From positions 18,476,001-18,540,000 of the forward strand of contig NC_043016.1 in assembly GCF_006345805.1 (NCBI RefSeq): a stretch of DNA of 64,000 nt, given 5' to 3'. The notes under the pieces were generated by a model that saw nothing but the letters and a program-made list of their open reading frames with translations, did not search any database and had not been told where the DNA came from. The translations under genes were made by a program, and so were the position numbers. This DNA is from Octopus sinensis (taxonomy: Eukaryota). The stretch's first letter is position 1. Each line of letters starts with the position of its first letter. Shown here piece after piece: positions 1 to 11,699 of the stretch.

Positions 1-1172
1 TAAGATATTTAATTTTCAGTGGTTTCGTTCACGCGGCTGCAAGTGTTAACTACGGGTCAGATGCAACTCAATTGTAAACAGCGCGAGCGCCAACAATCTA
101 CCATGTGCACAAGCATGGCCGTCAGATTAAGGAGTTCGCTTTTCAACTGGGACGATTCAGAATCGGTGCGACTGCGCGATACCAGACTAAAGCTCTATGA
201 ATCAGATTTGGTGGAAAGGAACAATGTGGAATACTATTGAAGGGATTGGAAATGTCCTTGGTTGCTTTAAGAGGAGTACCCATTAATGCAAGACTTGAAC
301 CTAGATTGCTAGCCTGAGAATAACTTCCTACCTTCCGTCGATAGTGTGGAAGGTAATGAAAATTACCATGGGCGCTATCATTTCTTCTCTGACTAAATTC
401 CCTATTTTGTTTTTGCTCAGTGCTCCGTTCAATACTTCCTAAATTTCTAAATGTAACACGAAACTATTGGAGTAACGGATGTCTTTACAATCTCACAGAA
501 GCTCCCATTTACTAAGCGATCAATTCCTTCCATAGTAATGTATATATTGCGAAAATATGATTGCATAATTTTAAACTTTCCTTCACATATTTGAAGAAGG
601 AGAAAAAAAATCTCTTCTCATTAGTCGTTATATTTCGTTACAGTTTTCTAGCTCCTATGTTCAAAACAAAAATTAAAATAATAGTCATAATAAAGAGAAA
701 CCTCTAGGTTTTATCTTCGGGAAGAAATAACTTTTGTAGCAGTTGTTTATGATATTGGTTTCATTGTAGATAAGGATGTGGTTTTTTGTTGTCATAAGGC
801 TTTATATAAATTTTCTCGGATCGTTGACACCAAGTCAAGAAAGCAGTTATGAAGGCTTCCTCGTTCGCGCTAAGTTACTTTTGGTATAATTTTCATACGG
901 AAATTCCCAACATTTTTAAAATTGTTCATTCTATTTATTTATTTATTTATCTATCTATTGTTGCTGTGGTTATTCTATTTAACTTTGTGGTTGTTATAGG
1001 ACAACAGAGAGGAATTTGTGGTCAATATGTGTACAAGGAAAATGTCAAACTGACAAGGAACGTGGTATAAAATTAGATCACAGCTTTTGTTCCGACTCTC
1101 TATTTTGACAGAAACACTTTCGTCAACACAGGTACAAACTGTACTACCCGAGTCGGTGGCCTTCGCTTAGAT

Positions 1173-1492
1173 CAGGGGTTCTCAACCATTTTTTTACCCA
1201 TGGGCCCTTTTGATTACTATTCCATTCAGGTGAACCCACATACCTATTCGATGTTTAAAAGCTAGTTTTATAGAAACCTCTTTCTAAATTCGTGTTTTGT
1301 TGTTCACACATTAGCTTGTACAGGTGAAACTATGTAAAACGTTTGAGAAAGACACCTGTTTCTTGCAATACATTCCAATACTTACATCTAAAGCAAAACT
1401 TGTGGATCCTCAATTTACTACGATGTTGCGTTGTTCCTCCAAATCTTATATAAATCCTCAAGAGCCATATGAACTCCGGTCGAGAACCATTG
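1173..1492. mobile_element. hAT-type MITE
   Basis: TIRs CAGGGGTTCTCAACC / GGTCGAGAACCATTG. The body is the reverse complement of the copy at 50850-51196. Flanks gcttagat/ccttcgac look like a decayed 8-bp TSD. Confidence 0.75.
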
Positions 1493-1584
1493 CCTTCGAC
1501 GAACGATCTACTTAAAACTCTTCTGTTTAATCCCTCTCTCAGCGTCACACACACAGAATGTATATATATATATATATATATATA

Positions 1585-1790
1585 GTTAATCCAAACATGA
1601 ACAAAGAGAAAAACACAACAACGCGGGTACTTAGAGCAAGTATAGTGTTATTGGACGCTCAGGAAAGGAAAAGAAAGGATGATTTAACGTTTCGAGCGGA
1701 GCTCTTCGTCAGAAACATAGAAAAATGAAAGGTCCAAGGAAGGGAAGACGGAGAAAGAAAATCGCCAACGATACACACTCGGTCACAATA
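1585..1790 (-). mobile_element. Short Penelope-like/retrozyme-like fragment carrying a hammerhead, abutting (TA)n
   Basis: Contains the motif at 1682-1716 and shares ACGCTCAGGAA...ACGTTTCGAGC...GCTCTTC..CAGAAA with 54965-55102. Confidence 0.55.
1682..1716 (-). ncRNA. Minimal type I hammerhead ribozyme motif, canonical core
   Basis: Minus strand reads GUUU CUGACGA A GAG-CUCCG-CUC GAAA CG U U AAAU: 4-bp helix I, 3-bp helix II, palindromic ACGU helix III, one extra A after A9. Confidence 0.7.
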
Positions 1791-1804
1791 ATTTAGAGAC
1801 AAAC

Positions 1805-1986
1805 CGCTATATAGTTATTCCATCAATAGTGAAAAGATATTATCTATATTAACCACATAGAAATTAATTAAATACTTATAATTATTATTCTAAAAATCTC
1901 ATAACAAATCAAACATTAAATTGACTACGCGCGTTTCATGACTATAAATAATATCTTTTCACTATTCATGGAATAACTATATAGCG
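1805..1986. repeat. Fold-back element, 39-bp arms
   Basis: 1805-1843 is the reverse complement of 1948-1986 with one mismatch. Confidence 0.85.
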
Positions 1987-2606
1987 AACATATATATGAC
2001 GAACTAACTGTTACTTTCTCAGATGCAGCACAGATTTTTGTCAGTGAACAGGTCGCGGTCTGAAAGCGACGAAAATATTTTGACAAATTAAACTTAAATG
2101 TTGAAGTGAATCGAACGGTTTTTGTGTGTTTCTTAAATGGCTTATAAACACCTTCCACGCTGCAATTGTTTGCGTTCCAGCACACGATCTCAGATCAAAT
2201 CACTTGCAATGCGAGTACATCTCCGTAAAACTATATAGCGGTTTGTCTCTAAATAATATATATATATATAATGTGAATTTTGATTTAGTTGTGCGAAATT
2301 TAAATTTTTCCCTTGTTAGCTTGGAATTATTACATTCCCTAACTATTAATATATATATATGTATGTATATATATATATAATAGAAATATTAAAATTACTA
2401 AGTCTCTCTAAAAGAGAACAACGGCAGCGTTTCCGGAAAATAATAGTTATCGCCAACTAATATGGCATTCTTATAAAATAAGAATAAAGCTGTCCGCTTA
2501 TTAGCTCCATGAGGCCATCGCCTTAAGTTAGCTATTTGATACACAAACTGTATCCATATAACCTTCGAACAAGGGAGGTCAGTCGCTCCACACTACTTGA
2601 CCGGCA

Positions 2607-2648
2607 GCTACAGACGCGTTTCGGGGTATTGCCCCTTTTCAATGCAGC
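2607..2648 (-). ncRNA. Minimal type I hammerhead ribozyme, U3-A8 variant
   Basis: Minus strand reads GCUGCA UUGAAAA GGGG-CAAUA-CCCC GAAA CGCG U C UGUAGC: 6-bp helix I (one G-U), GUC site, palindromic ACGCGU. Confidence 0.85.
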
Positions 2649-3035
2649 GTAGCCAGACCAGTAGGTGTCGCTTCTGACAATCTCTGTTCGAAGGTTTTAT
2701 TTACCTAGCTTCGGTGGAATACATCCACTTGTTTTCAATAATAGAAATATTAAAATTACTAAGTCTCTCTAAAAGAGAACAACGGCAGCGTTTCCGGAAA
2801 ATAATAGTTATCGCCATACTAATATTGCATTCTTATAAAAATATTTTTATAAGAATGCCATATTAGTATGGCGATAACTATTATTTTCCGGAAACGCTGC
2901 CGTTGTTCTCTTTTGGAGAGACTTAGTAATTTTATATTTCTATTATTGAAAACAAGTGGATGTATTCCACCGAAGCTAGGTAAATAAAACCTTCGAACAG
3001 AGATTGTCAGAAGCGACACCTACTGGTCTGGCTAC

Positions 3036-3076
3036 GCTGCATTGAAAAGGGCAATACCCCGAAACGCGTCTGTAGC
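3036..3076 (+). ncRNA. Minimal type I hammerhead ribozyme, U3-A8 variant
   Basis: GCUGCA UUGAAAA GGG-CAAUAC-CCC GAAA CGCG U C UGUAGC, predicted cut after C3070. One G shorter in helix II than its mirror copy. Confidence 0.83.
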
Positions 3077-4352
3077 TGCCGGTCAAGTAGTGTGGAGCGA
3101 CTGACCTCCCTTGTTCGAAGGTTATATGGATACAGTTTGTGTATCAAATAGCTAACTTAAGGCGATGGCCTCATGGAGCTAATAAGCGGACAGCTTTATT
3201 CTTATTTTTATAAGAATGCCATATTAGTATGGCGATAACTATTATTTATATATATATTATATATATATATTATATATATATGACGAAAGGTTTCAGACAA
3301 AGGACTCAAAATAAGAATGATAACAAAGCTGAAGTGAAGAGCAAATATATAAAGTGATTGTCTTTATTTGGCAAAAAAATATATAAAGAGACCAGCTGAA
3401 ATATAACAAATATAAGATGTGTGTATGTGTGTATTGGAAATCTGTAGATCATTGTTGTTGATTTCATACGTTATACGAGTTTCGTTTGTTGTTTGGAAAA
3501 CAATGTTTAATTATATGACTTTCGTTTTTAACTTCCCGGAAACAGGAGGTAGCAGCATATCTTGTGGCAACATTACATTTTCTAGAGGTATACTTTATAG
3601 TAACAAGGTTCATCTCTAAGTCCTTAATGCTATTAATCTTTACACAAAAGTTCTTTCTATAAGCACTTTTTTTTTTTTTTATTGTTGCCCTTTTTTTCTC
3701 TCTCTAGCGGAAACGTTTACATACACATACACACACACACACAATACGCACACCTATATGACATTTTTGCTTCTTTTAAACACTTGCCTTCAGTGATAGG
3801 GGGGATTTTGATATATTTAAATAAAGCTTTAATGCCAGTTCCTGTGCTTAAATGTCTATATGTTTTCACATATAGACATCTCTCTCTCTCTCTTTCTCCA
3901 TCTCTTTCTTTCTTTCTTTCTCTCTCTCACACACATACACATACACACACCTGTACATCTTTAAGTAGCGTCTTTATGTGTCAAGGACTATCTGGGTGAG
4001 ATGCATGCTAACATATATCAACTAACATTGCTTGTGACCATTGTATGAGCGGTAATAATAATAATTGTAGGTGGTTGCGTTTCACTCATATTTTTTTAAT
4101 CCACCAATTCAGTCCAGTCTACTTAAAGCACTCTCTCTCCGTTTTACTTCTTGCTCTCTCTCGCCTTCTCTTTAATCTCTTTTTATTATCAGTCCCGTTT
4201 CATAATTGTTTATCTTCCTATCGTTGTCCTTCTGTTTCTAGTGTTTCCTTATGGTCATATGTTTGTGGAAAGCAATCGACGAAAAAAGCCCCACTTCAAC
4301 CTGTCTCTGTTTTTATTGCATTATGCAATGTCTCGTAAATTATACAATAGTT

Positions 4353-5158
4353 ATAGATGGGGTATAAAAAATGTGTGTAGGTTTGTATGTGCAAACGAAA
4401 GAAAGAAGCTCTTGATACATTGTGTAAAAATATATTGGTTTCAAATTTTGGCACAAGGCCAGCAATTTTGGGAAAGCGTCTCTGTTGATCACATCAACCC
4501 CAGTGCCCAACTGGAACTTATATTATCGATCCGAAAGAATGAAAGGCAAAGTCGACCTCGGCGGAGTTTGAACTCAGAACGTAACGGCAGACGAAATACT
4601 GCTAAGCATTTCGCTCGGCGTGCTAACGATTCTGCCAGCTCGCCGCCTTTGGTATTCAATAGAGGGGTATAAAAATGTGTGTAGGTTTGTATGTGTAAAC
4701 GAAAAAAAGAAGCTCTTGATACATTGTGTAAAAATATATTGGTTTCAAATTTTGGCACAAGGCCAGCAATTTTGGGATGGGAAAAGGTCTCTGTTGATCA
4801 CATCAACCCCAGTGTGCCCAACTGGAACTTATATTATCGATCGCGAAAGGATGAAAGGTAAAGTCGACCTCGGCGGAGTTTGAACTCAGAGTTTAACGGC
4901 AGACGAAATACTTATTTCTTTATTACCCACAAGGGGCTAAACATAGAGGGGACAAACAAGGACAGACATAGGTATTAAGTCGATTACATCGACCCCAGTG
5001 CGTAACTGGTACTTAATTTATCGACCCCGAAAGGATGAAAGGAAAAGTCGACCTCGGCGGAGTTTGAACTCAGAACGTAACGGCAGACGAAATACTGCTA
5101 AGCATTTCGCTCGGCGTGCTAACGATTCTGCCAGCTCGCCGCCTTTGGTATTCAATAC
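4353..5158 (-). repeat. Local tandem duplication (~305 bp unit) containing family B SINE copies
   Basis: GGGGTATAAAAA(A)TGTGTGTAGG... recurs near 4358 and 4664. The second unit carries an extra SINE 3' part joined at 4911. Confidence 0.85.
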
Positions 5159-6086
5159 ATCTCATAGATTTAGTTTTGCGTACAAGATTCCCTGAAAGGA
5201 ATACTTCTTGGTTGCAAATGTGGTTCTTGCATTTGGTTTCTCACTTAGAAACCTAAATCCATTAATGTGTGTCTGTGAGCAGGTGTCAAAAATTTGTGCG
5301 TCTCAAGAAATAAATAACGCAAAATAAAGTGGGGTTTTTTTGTATTTTTTTAAATTTTATTTTCCAAAGTTATTAATAAAGAATATTTATAACTTTTCTA
5401 AGCGGAAATAAGTTTTAATTTACACTATTTCATTCATCTTAATCTAAAAACGTATTGCGATATCACTTCTCTGATGCATGTGTTAATCTGTTGGATATTT
5501 CATTTATATCATTTGACTTCATTCAGTTTTTATCTTTTCCTTCTTTGCAAAATTTGTTCTCCCGACTCCAACGCGTTCAAAACTAACGCAGTTATACCTA
5601 GTGTGTATCGTGTATGTATCGTGTGTGTGTGTGTGAGTGTGTGTGCGCGCTGACACACGCCACAGTAGGCTCTTAATCCTTCAGTGAACATGATCACAAG
5701 CAATATGTAATGCGCGATGACAGAGAAATGAAGAGAGGGAAGAAACGGATGAGAAAAGCGAAATTTTGTTCCACCATACTAAATACCAAAACCTGGTGTG
5801 TGTGTGTCTGTGTGTGTGTGTGTGTGTTCATAGAAGGAATTCCTAAGGAAAACCACGAAACGCTCTATAACAAAGAAATGATAAAGAGGATGAAGAACTA
5901 AGGGATACTGGTCCCATACGCCTTTTTTTTCTTTCCTCTAAAATATGAAAAAAAAGACAAAATTCTGTCACAAGTGAGCAATGGGTCACAGCATGTGGTA
6001 AAGTATGTTCTGCACAACTTTCCCCACGAATTATTACTTCTGTGTGTGTGTGTGTGTGTGTCTTTGTGTATGTATAATATATATTA

Positions 6087-6477
6087 TACTCTTTTACTTG
6101 TTTCAGTCATTTGACTGCGGCCATGCTGGAGCACCGCCTTTAGTCGAGCAAATCGACCCCGGGACTTATTCTTTTGTAAGCCCAGTACTTATTCTATCGG
6201 TCTCTTTTTGCCGAACCGCTAAGTTACGGGGACGTAAACACACCAGCATCGGTTGTCAAGCAATGCTAGGGGGACAAACACAGACACACAAACACATACA
6301 CATATATATATATACATATATACGACAGGCTTCTTTCAGTTTCCGTCTACAAAATCCACTCATAAGGCATTGGTCGGCCCGGGGCTATAGCAGAAGACAC
6401 TTGCCCAAGATGCCACGCAATGGGACTGAACCCGGAACCATGTGGTTGGTTAGCAAGCTACTTACCACACAGCCACT
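6087..6477 (-). mobile_element. tRNA-derived SINE family A (CORE-like CCTTGGGCAAGT, internal TA/TG microsatellite)
   Basis: A-box TGGCTGTGTGG and B-box GGTTCAGTCC on the minus strand, (AAGAGT)-type tail. Near-identical copies occur across the window. Confidence 0.92.
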
Positions 6478-6719
6478 GTATATAAAAATCTATTGTTGCT
6501 GGTTTCTTAAATGCTAGTATCTGTAGATTTTTAAATGTATTCTAGTAGTCACAAAACTAAAGACTACACACATATATAAGTAATGGCTAATATGAAATAA
6601 ATTAACCATCATTCAGACCAAGTTGTTCTAATCTGTTCGTTTAATAAAATACTGAAATGACGCTGAATAACTGGCGTTCGTAGAGTATTTAATTTATATC
6701 TCACAGCTATTTTTTTTCG

Positions 6720-7015
6720 ACAGTCCCACTGCGTGGCATCTTGGACAAGTGTTATCTACTATAACCTCGGGTCGACCAAAGTCTTGTGAGAGGATTTGGT
6801 GGACGGAAATTGTGTGTGTCTTTGTGTCGGTGTTTGTCTTTCTGCCACTGCTTGACAAACGGTGTGTCTACGTCCCCGTAACTTAGCGGTGCTGCAAGAG
6901 AGACCGACAGAATATGTACTAGGCTTACACAGAATAAGTCCTGAGGTCGATTTGTTCAACTAAATGCGGTGCTCCAGCATGGCATCAGTTAAATGACTGA
7001 AACAAATAAAAGAAT
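6720..7015 (+). mobile_element. SINE family A, diverged and 5'-truncated
   Basis: Aligns by eye to family A from CAGTCCCACTGCGTGGC to the tail. Confidence 0.85.
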
Positions 7016-9463
7016 TGCTAATAATATTTTATCAAAATATAACGGAATTTTTAAATATTGAATGGCTGTGAATGTCCACCCAAGGAAATTAGAAAAAAAA
7101 ACAAAGGGGCCCGTTAATAAAAGTAGGAACCCCTGATCTGAATGGATTTTAAGAGATGTCAAATAGGAAACAGTGGTTTATGAAGTAGATACTGCGTGAG
7201 GTGTGTTATTACACTATGATTTGGAAAAATCTTAGAGAAAAATCGTTTTAACTCGCCGAAATGTTAATAATTCAAAATGAAGGGGGGGGGGATATGTGCT
7301 GTAATTCACCCCACTAAAATACGATGTAGGTTTTCAGCCGAAGTATCGAATAGTCAGTCACAATCCGTTATTGGTTCAGTAGGTTGCCATTTGCAAATGG
7401 ACATCGTCAGCTGTAAATCGTTTCAGCTATGGAGTATTTTACTGGAAAGGACGCAGCAAGGATCATGTTTAATTAACTTGCAGTAATTAGTTCAAATTGC
7501 CTTTCTGAATTAGTGTGTAATATGCCACAGATAATGTAATTATTTAGTAAAAGAAAAAAAAAATTCTGCATAACAAGATATGAACTCGTGACTTAATCTA
7601 AAGAGACTGACAGTAACTGTACTGTGTTATAAGGGAGAGAGAGAAAGTGAATGATGTGAGATTTACACAACTATTACAAGCATTCATAGCTTCAGGCAGG
7701 AATCGAAACTTTACGGCTGGTATTGAAGAGACAAAAACTAATAAATCCTGACGATAGTTTTGTATTGAGAGCTTATTAATAGCATACGTTTTCCTTGACA
7801 TTTCATTCAACCAGAAATAGTGGAGGTTTCAATTTCCCAAAATGCGGATGTGGAAAGATCATTCTATACGTCTAAAAATTATTTTGATATTTGTACTTCC
7901 TTGCTAGGGTTAAAACTTGATTAGAAATAGAAACAGTGACACTTCACATTAAATTATTATACTTCACATTACTACATTGAAATACTTACAAAAATAAGTT
8001 ATTTTCCCTATGTTTGGTTTGCGATATATTACTTAACTGACATTCATGTATTTTCCTGTAATTCAGTTAACACGTAGCTAGACTGAGCAATATCCTGAGC
8101 ATTATTAATGAGGCGGAATTGATGCGGAATTTTAGAATGTGGCAGGGTTTTGATTGAACATATATTTCCAGCATATGTTGTTTTCCCTATAGTTTTTTTT
8201 TTTTTATCTTACATTTATTTCTAAGGGGTGTCCTTGCAGTAGATGTTGTGTACCGAAGCTTATCCCAGTGTTAGTGATTGACAGATGTGTTTTATCACGT
8301 GGATATGAATTAGCTTTTGTCAGGAAGAGAATTTGATCAGAGTAGTGCTTCAAATTCTTTTCTTTTTCTCTTTTCTTTTGACAGAATATCTCTTTTCGTT
8401 TTCAATCTTCACGATTCGTTTCTGTTTTTCTCATTCTGACGCGTTTTTATCCATTCTTAAGTCGTTTATACGCACTCAAGTTTGGCTTTATTCTTCTTTC
8501 CTGTCCATTTTCGTAATTATTCACACATTCGTTGCCAGGATATTTTTGTGTGCAGAAAAAAGAACAAAATGAAAGCCAAAAAAAACAAAAAAAAAAACAA
8601 ACAAAAAACAGAAACAAATTATATAATTATATAATAAAAGTGTACCAGAGGAAATACAAATATACAAGAAAATGGTCCCCACTAGCTTACCTAAGTAGCA
8701 ATAACAACAACAACAACAACAACAACAATAAACACACACCTACAACTATAAAGCCGCTCATCCCCACCTCTGCTGATTCTTTTCTAAGCACCTGGCTCAA
8801 ATGGATTTAAAGCGGATTACATGTGAACAGAAGGCATCCAAGTCCAGAAAGCGAACTTTACTTAATTTTTTTAGCTGGGACAGAGGGTGGGAAGTACTAT
8901 TTTCTTTGGAGTGTCTCGTTTTATGTTTGGGTTTTAATCGTTCCTTTTTTTTTTTGTGTTGTGTGTGTGTGTGGTGTGTGTGTGTAGGTATTAGGGAGTG
9001 AAGTATTTTGTTTTGTTTTACTCACAGAAAACATTCTTATGTACCTAGGCGGTCAGCTGACGTAATTTGTATAGATTCCACCAAACGCAAACTGACTTGA
9101 CGCCAGGTAAACACATGCTCATAGGATAGTGAAAGATACATACACACATTGGTTTATGTGGGATGAATGAGACAGGAGTGCTTGATGTGTACTGTGAACG
9201 CGCTACCTTAATTGTAAGATAGTTGCGCTCACGATTGCAAGATCGAGGTTTCGATTCCACATTTCTCCAGTCCACTCTGCAGTAAATGGATAACCATACG
9301 ACGGATTGGTGTTCAGGGATAAAATTGGCCTGCGTACTTGACTTGCGGTATGGTATCTTCCGAAAGTTAGAAGAATGCAGGGATGCGTACGGTGACCAGC
9401 GACATATAACAGCCAGCCATAATCTGGTTGGTACAGTGATTATGCACACAAATTACAAATACT

Positions 9464-9516
<53 letters not shown>

Positions 9517-11184
9517 AAACGCTTGCTCAGATAGATAGGTATCGCATCACAGAAAGACAATGGAGTAGGCTGCCTCTTCCATCATCAGTGGTGGGGAGAC
9601 ATTGGCATGTAAAACATTGCAAGAAATAACAGTCAATGTATTAAAATATACACGAATGAAGTTAACATTGGCGTGCAAATTAATATTTTAAAGCTATGAA
9701 CAAACAAACCAACAGGAGTTGCTAGAAATAACAGTCAAAACATTGTTTAAAACAGACATTTATTAGTTTTAAAAAGTTCAAGCACAAAAGTTTGCAATAC
9801 ACTCTAGGATTTTATAAAATAAACTAGCTGTCCCCATACCGTCAAAATGGCGCTTAATTGTAGTATTCTGACAATGTTATCTAGTGGTTGCCCCTTGAGA
9901 TGTGACATCGTTTGTTACTGAAAGAACGCTGGTTTACACATACAAGCATTCATATTTTCCAGCGTTGAATGTTCACCATCCCACTTCCTTTGCACGCACA
10001 CACATTCGCATACCTCCCTTTTACATACACATATACTTACACAGAGTATATGTGTGTGTATACGGTCCCACTACCAGTTTGCCATCACCCCTTCCTTCCT
10101 TATTCATCTATCATCCCTTCCTTTCTCATTCATATGTTGTGATGGAGAAAAACACAAAAGTATTATTATAGTAGATCATCTTTCTCGTATCTCCTTCTTG
10201 TGACATGCGCAGCATCTTTGGTTACTAAGGAAACAGTTTTTTTTTTGCCACGGTGAAGTGTAAAATACTCGCTTCTGATTGGCTAAAATACCCAAATTTT
10301 GCAAATTTTAAAGGTTAATAATTTTTTAAATCATGGAGTTATATGGAAAATGAATTTCATTTTCATAGTTAGTATACAAAACTTAATCCACACACCAAAT
10401 TTGAAAACAATTGGAGCAAAATTTTAAACAGTGACGAAAACCACGAGGTACGCCTTTTCATAAAGTGAATGGCGTTGAAACTAAATACCCACCATTTTAT
10501 TTTATTTAAGCTTTTCTTCAAATTATGATCACATTAAATGCGTCAGCCTTTTCTTATACATAAGAAATTCTTCACATACATCGAATTCATTCATCATACA
10601 TCATTTATATATAAATGAGTAGCAAATGTTTATTTCATGAAATATTTATTTTTCTTTTGTGGGATGGATTTCGAGTTTTAAAGCTGATTTATGCATATCA
10701 ATGAAATTCTTATACCAATCTGTAATATATTTTCGTTCATCCTCATACTATATTAGAATACATTAACTTAGTTTTTCGGCTGAGAACAAAATTCAACGAC
10801 TGAAGAAACAATGAGATGTGAGAAATTTTGAGGATAAAAACTACCTCAGCTTTTCCCTTTTCTCATGAGTTATATAAACCAGAGAGGCTGAGGTTTTTAA
10901 ATTCGTATTATGAAGCTATCTTCTTCTTTTTTATATTTTACGTAACTGCCTCGAGTTTGTACATTAAAAAATTAGACCGGTAGATTGAGTGAAAGATAAT
11001 GAAGATTTGGCCGACGCAAATTACTTACGAATTACTCAGAGGAAGAGGAGCAGCGATTACATACAATATAGGTTTACAAAGATTGGGGGCGATTTTAGTG
11101 AGGGTGAATTTCAGTAGGTCAACACAAATAGGTAAAAATACGTGATTAGTGTATGCAATCCAGGGGCCAACATTCTCTTTTTCC

Positions 11185-11579
11185 CTTTTACTTGTTTCAG
11201 TCATTTGACTGCGGCCATGCTGGAGCACCGCCTTTAGTCGAGCAAATCGACACCAAGACATTTCTTAAGCTAAGTACTTATTCTATCGGTCTCTTTTGCC
11301 GAACCGTTAAGTTAGGGGACGTACACATACCAGCATCAGTTGTCAAGCGATGTTTGGGGGGACAAACATAGACACACAAACGTACACACACACACATACA
11401 TACACACACATATATATATATATACGACGGGCTTCCTTCAGTTTCTGTCTACCAAATCCACTCACAAGGCTTTGGTCGGCCCGAGGCTATAGTAGAAGAC
11501 ACTTACCCAAGGTGCCACGCAGAGGGAACCATGTGGTTGGTAAGCAAGCTACTTATCACACAGCCACTCCTGCGCCTAT
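11185..11579 (-). mobile_element. SINE family A, full length
   Basis: Same consensus, ending at CCTGCGCCTAT. Confidence 0.92.
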
Positions 11580-11699
11580 GAAAGAGAATTAAATGGAAAG
11601 TGTTTATCGCGTGCTGAATCTGTTGTTTGAAGGTGAGATATGGACCGGAGTAGACGAGGTAGATCTCTTGCTAGTTTAAAAAGTAGCTATATTCTTTTC

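Larger units (their letters stand above)
2379..3247. mobile_element. Palindromic array of a 361-nt hammerhead-bearing monomer (retrozyme-like or Penelope pLTR-like)
   Basis: Arms 2438-2842 and 2843-3247 are reverse complements with about 6 differences. Each arm has a 361-nt direct periodicity (2381/2742; 2843/3204). Flanked by (TA)n on both sides. Confidence 0.85.

Noticed and set aside
19-240. 73-aa ORF after a ttttcag, considered as a terminal exon or the missing formin N-terminus
   Set aside because: No recognisable motif. The INF2-like words fall in different frames separated by stops.
2946-2986. Second hammerhead-like string in the monomer (TTGAAAA CAA GTGGA-TGTAT-TCCAC C GAAG CTAG GTA)
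   Set aside because: A15.1 is G, there are extra bases on both sides of helix II, and helix I does not register. Suggestive only.
6005-6517. Recurrent ORFs such as FQSFDCGHAGAPPLVEQID / RRASFSFRLPNPLTR (also 21348-21920, 24202-24588, 43192-43722)
   Set aside because: These are translations of SINE family A, not genes.
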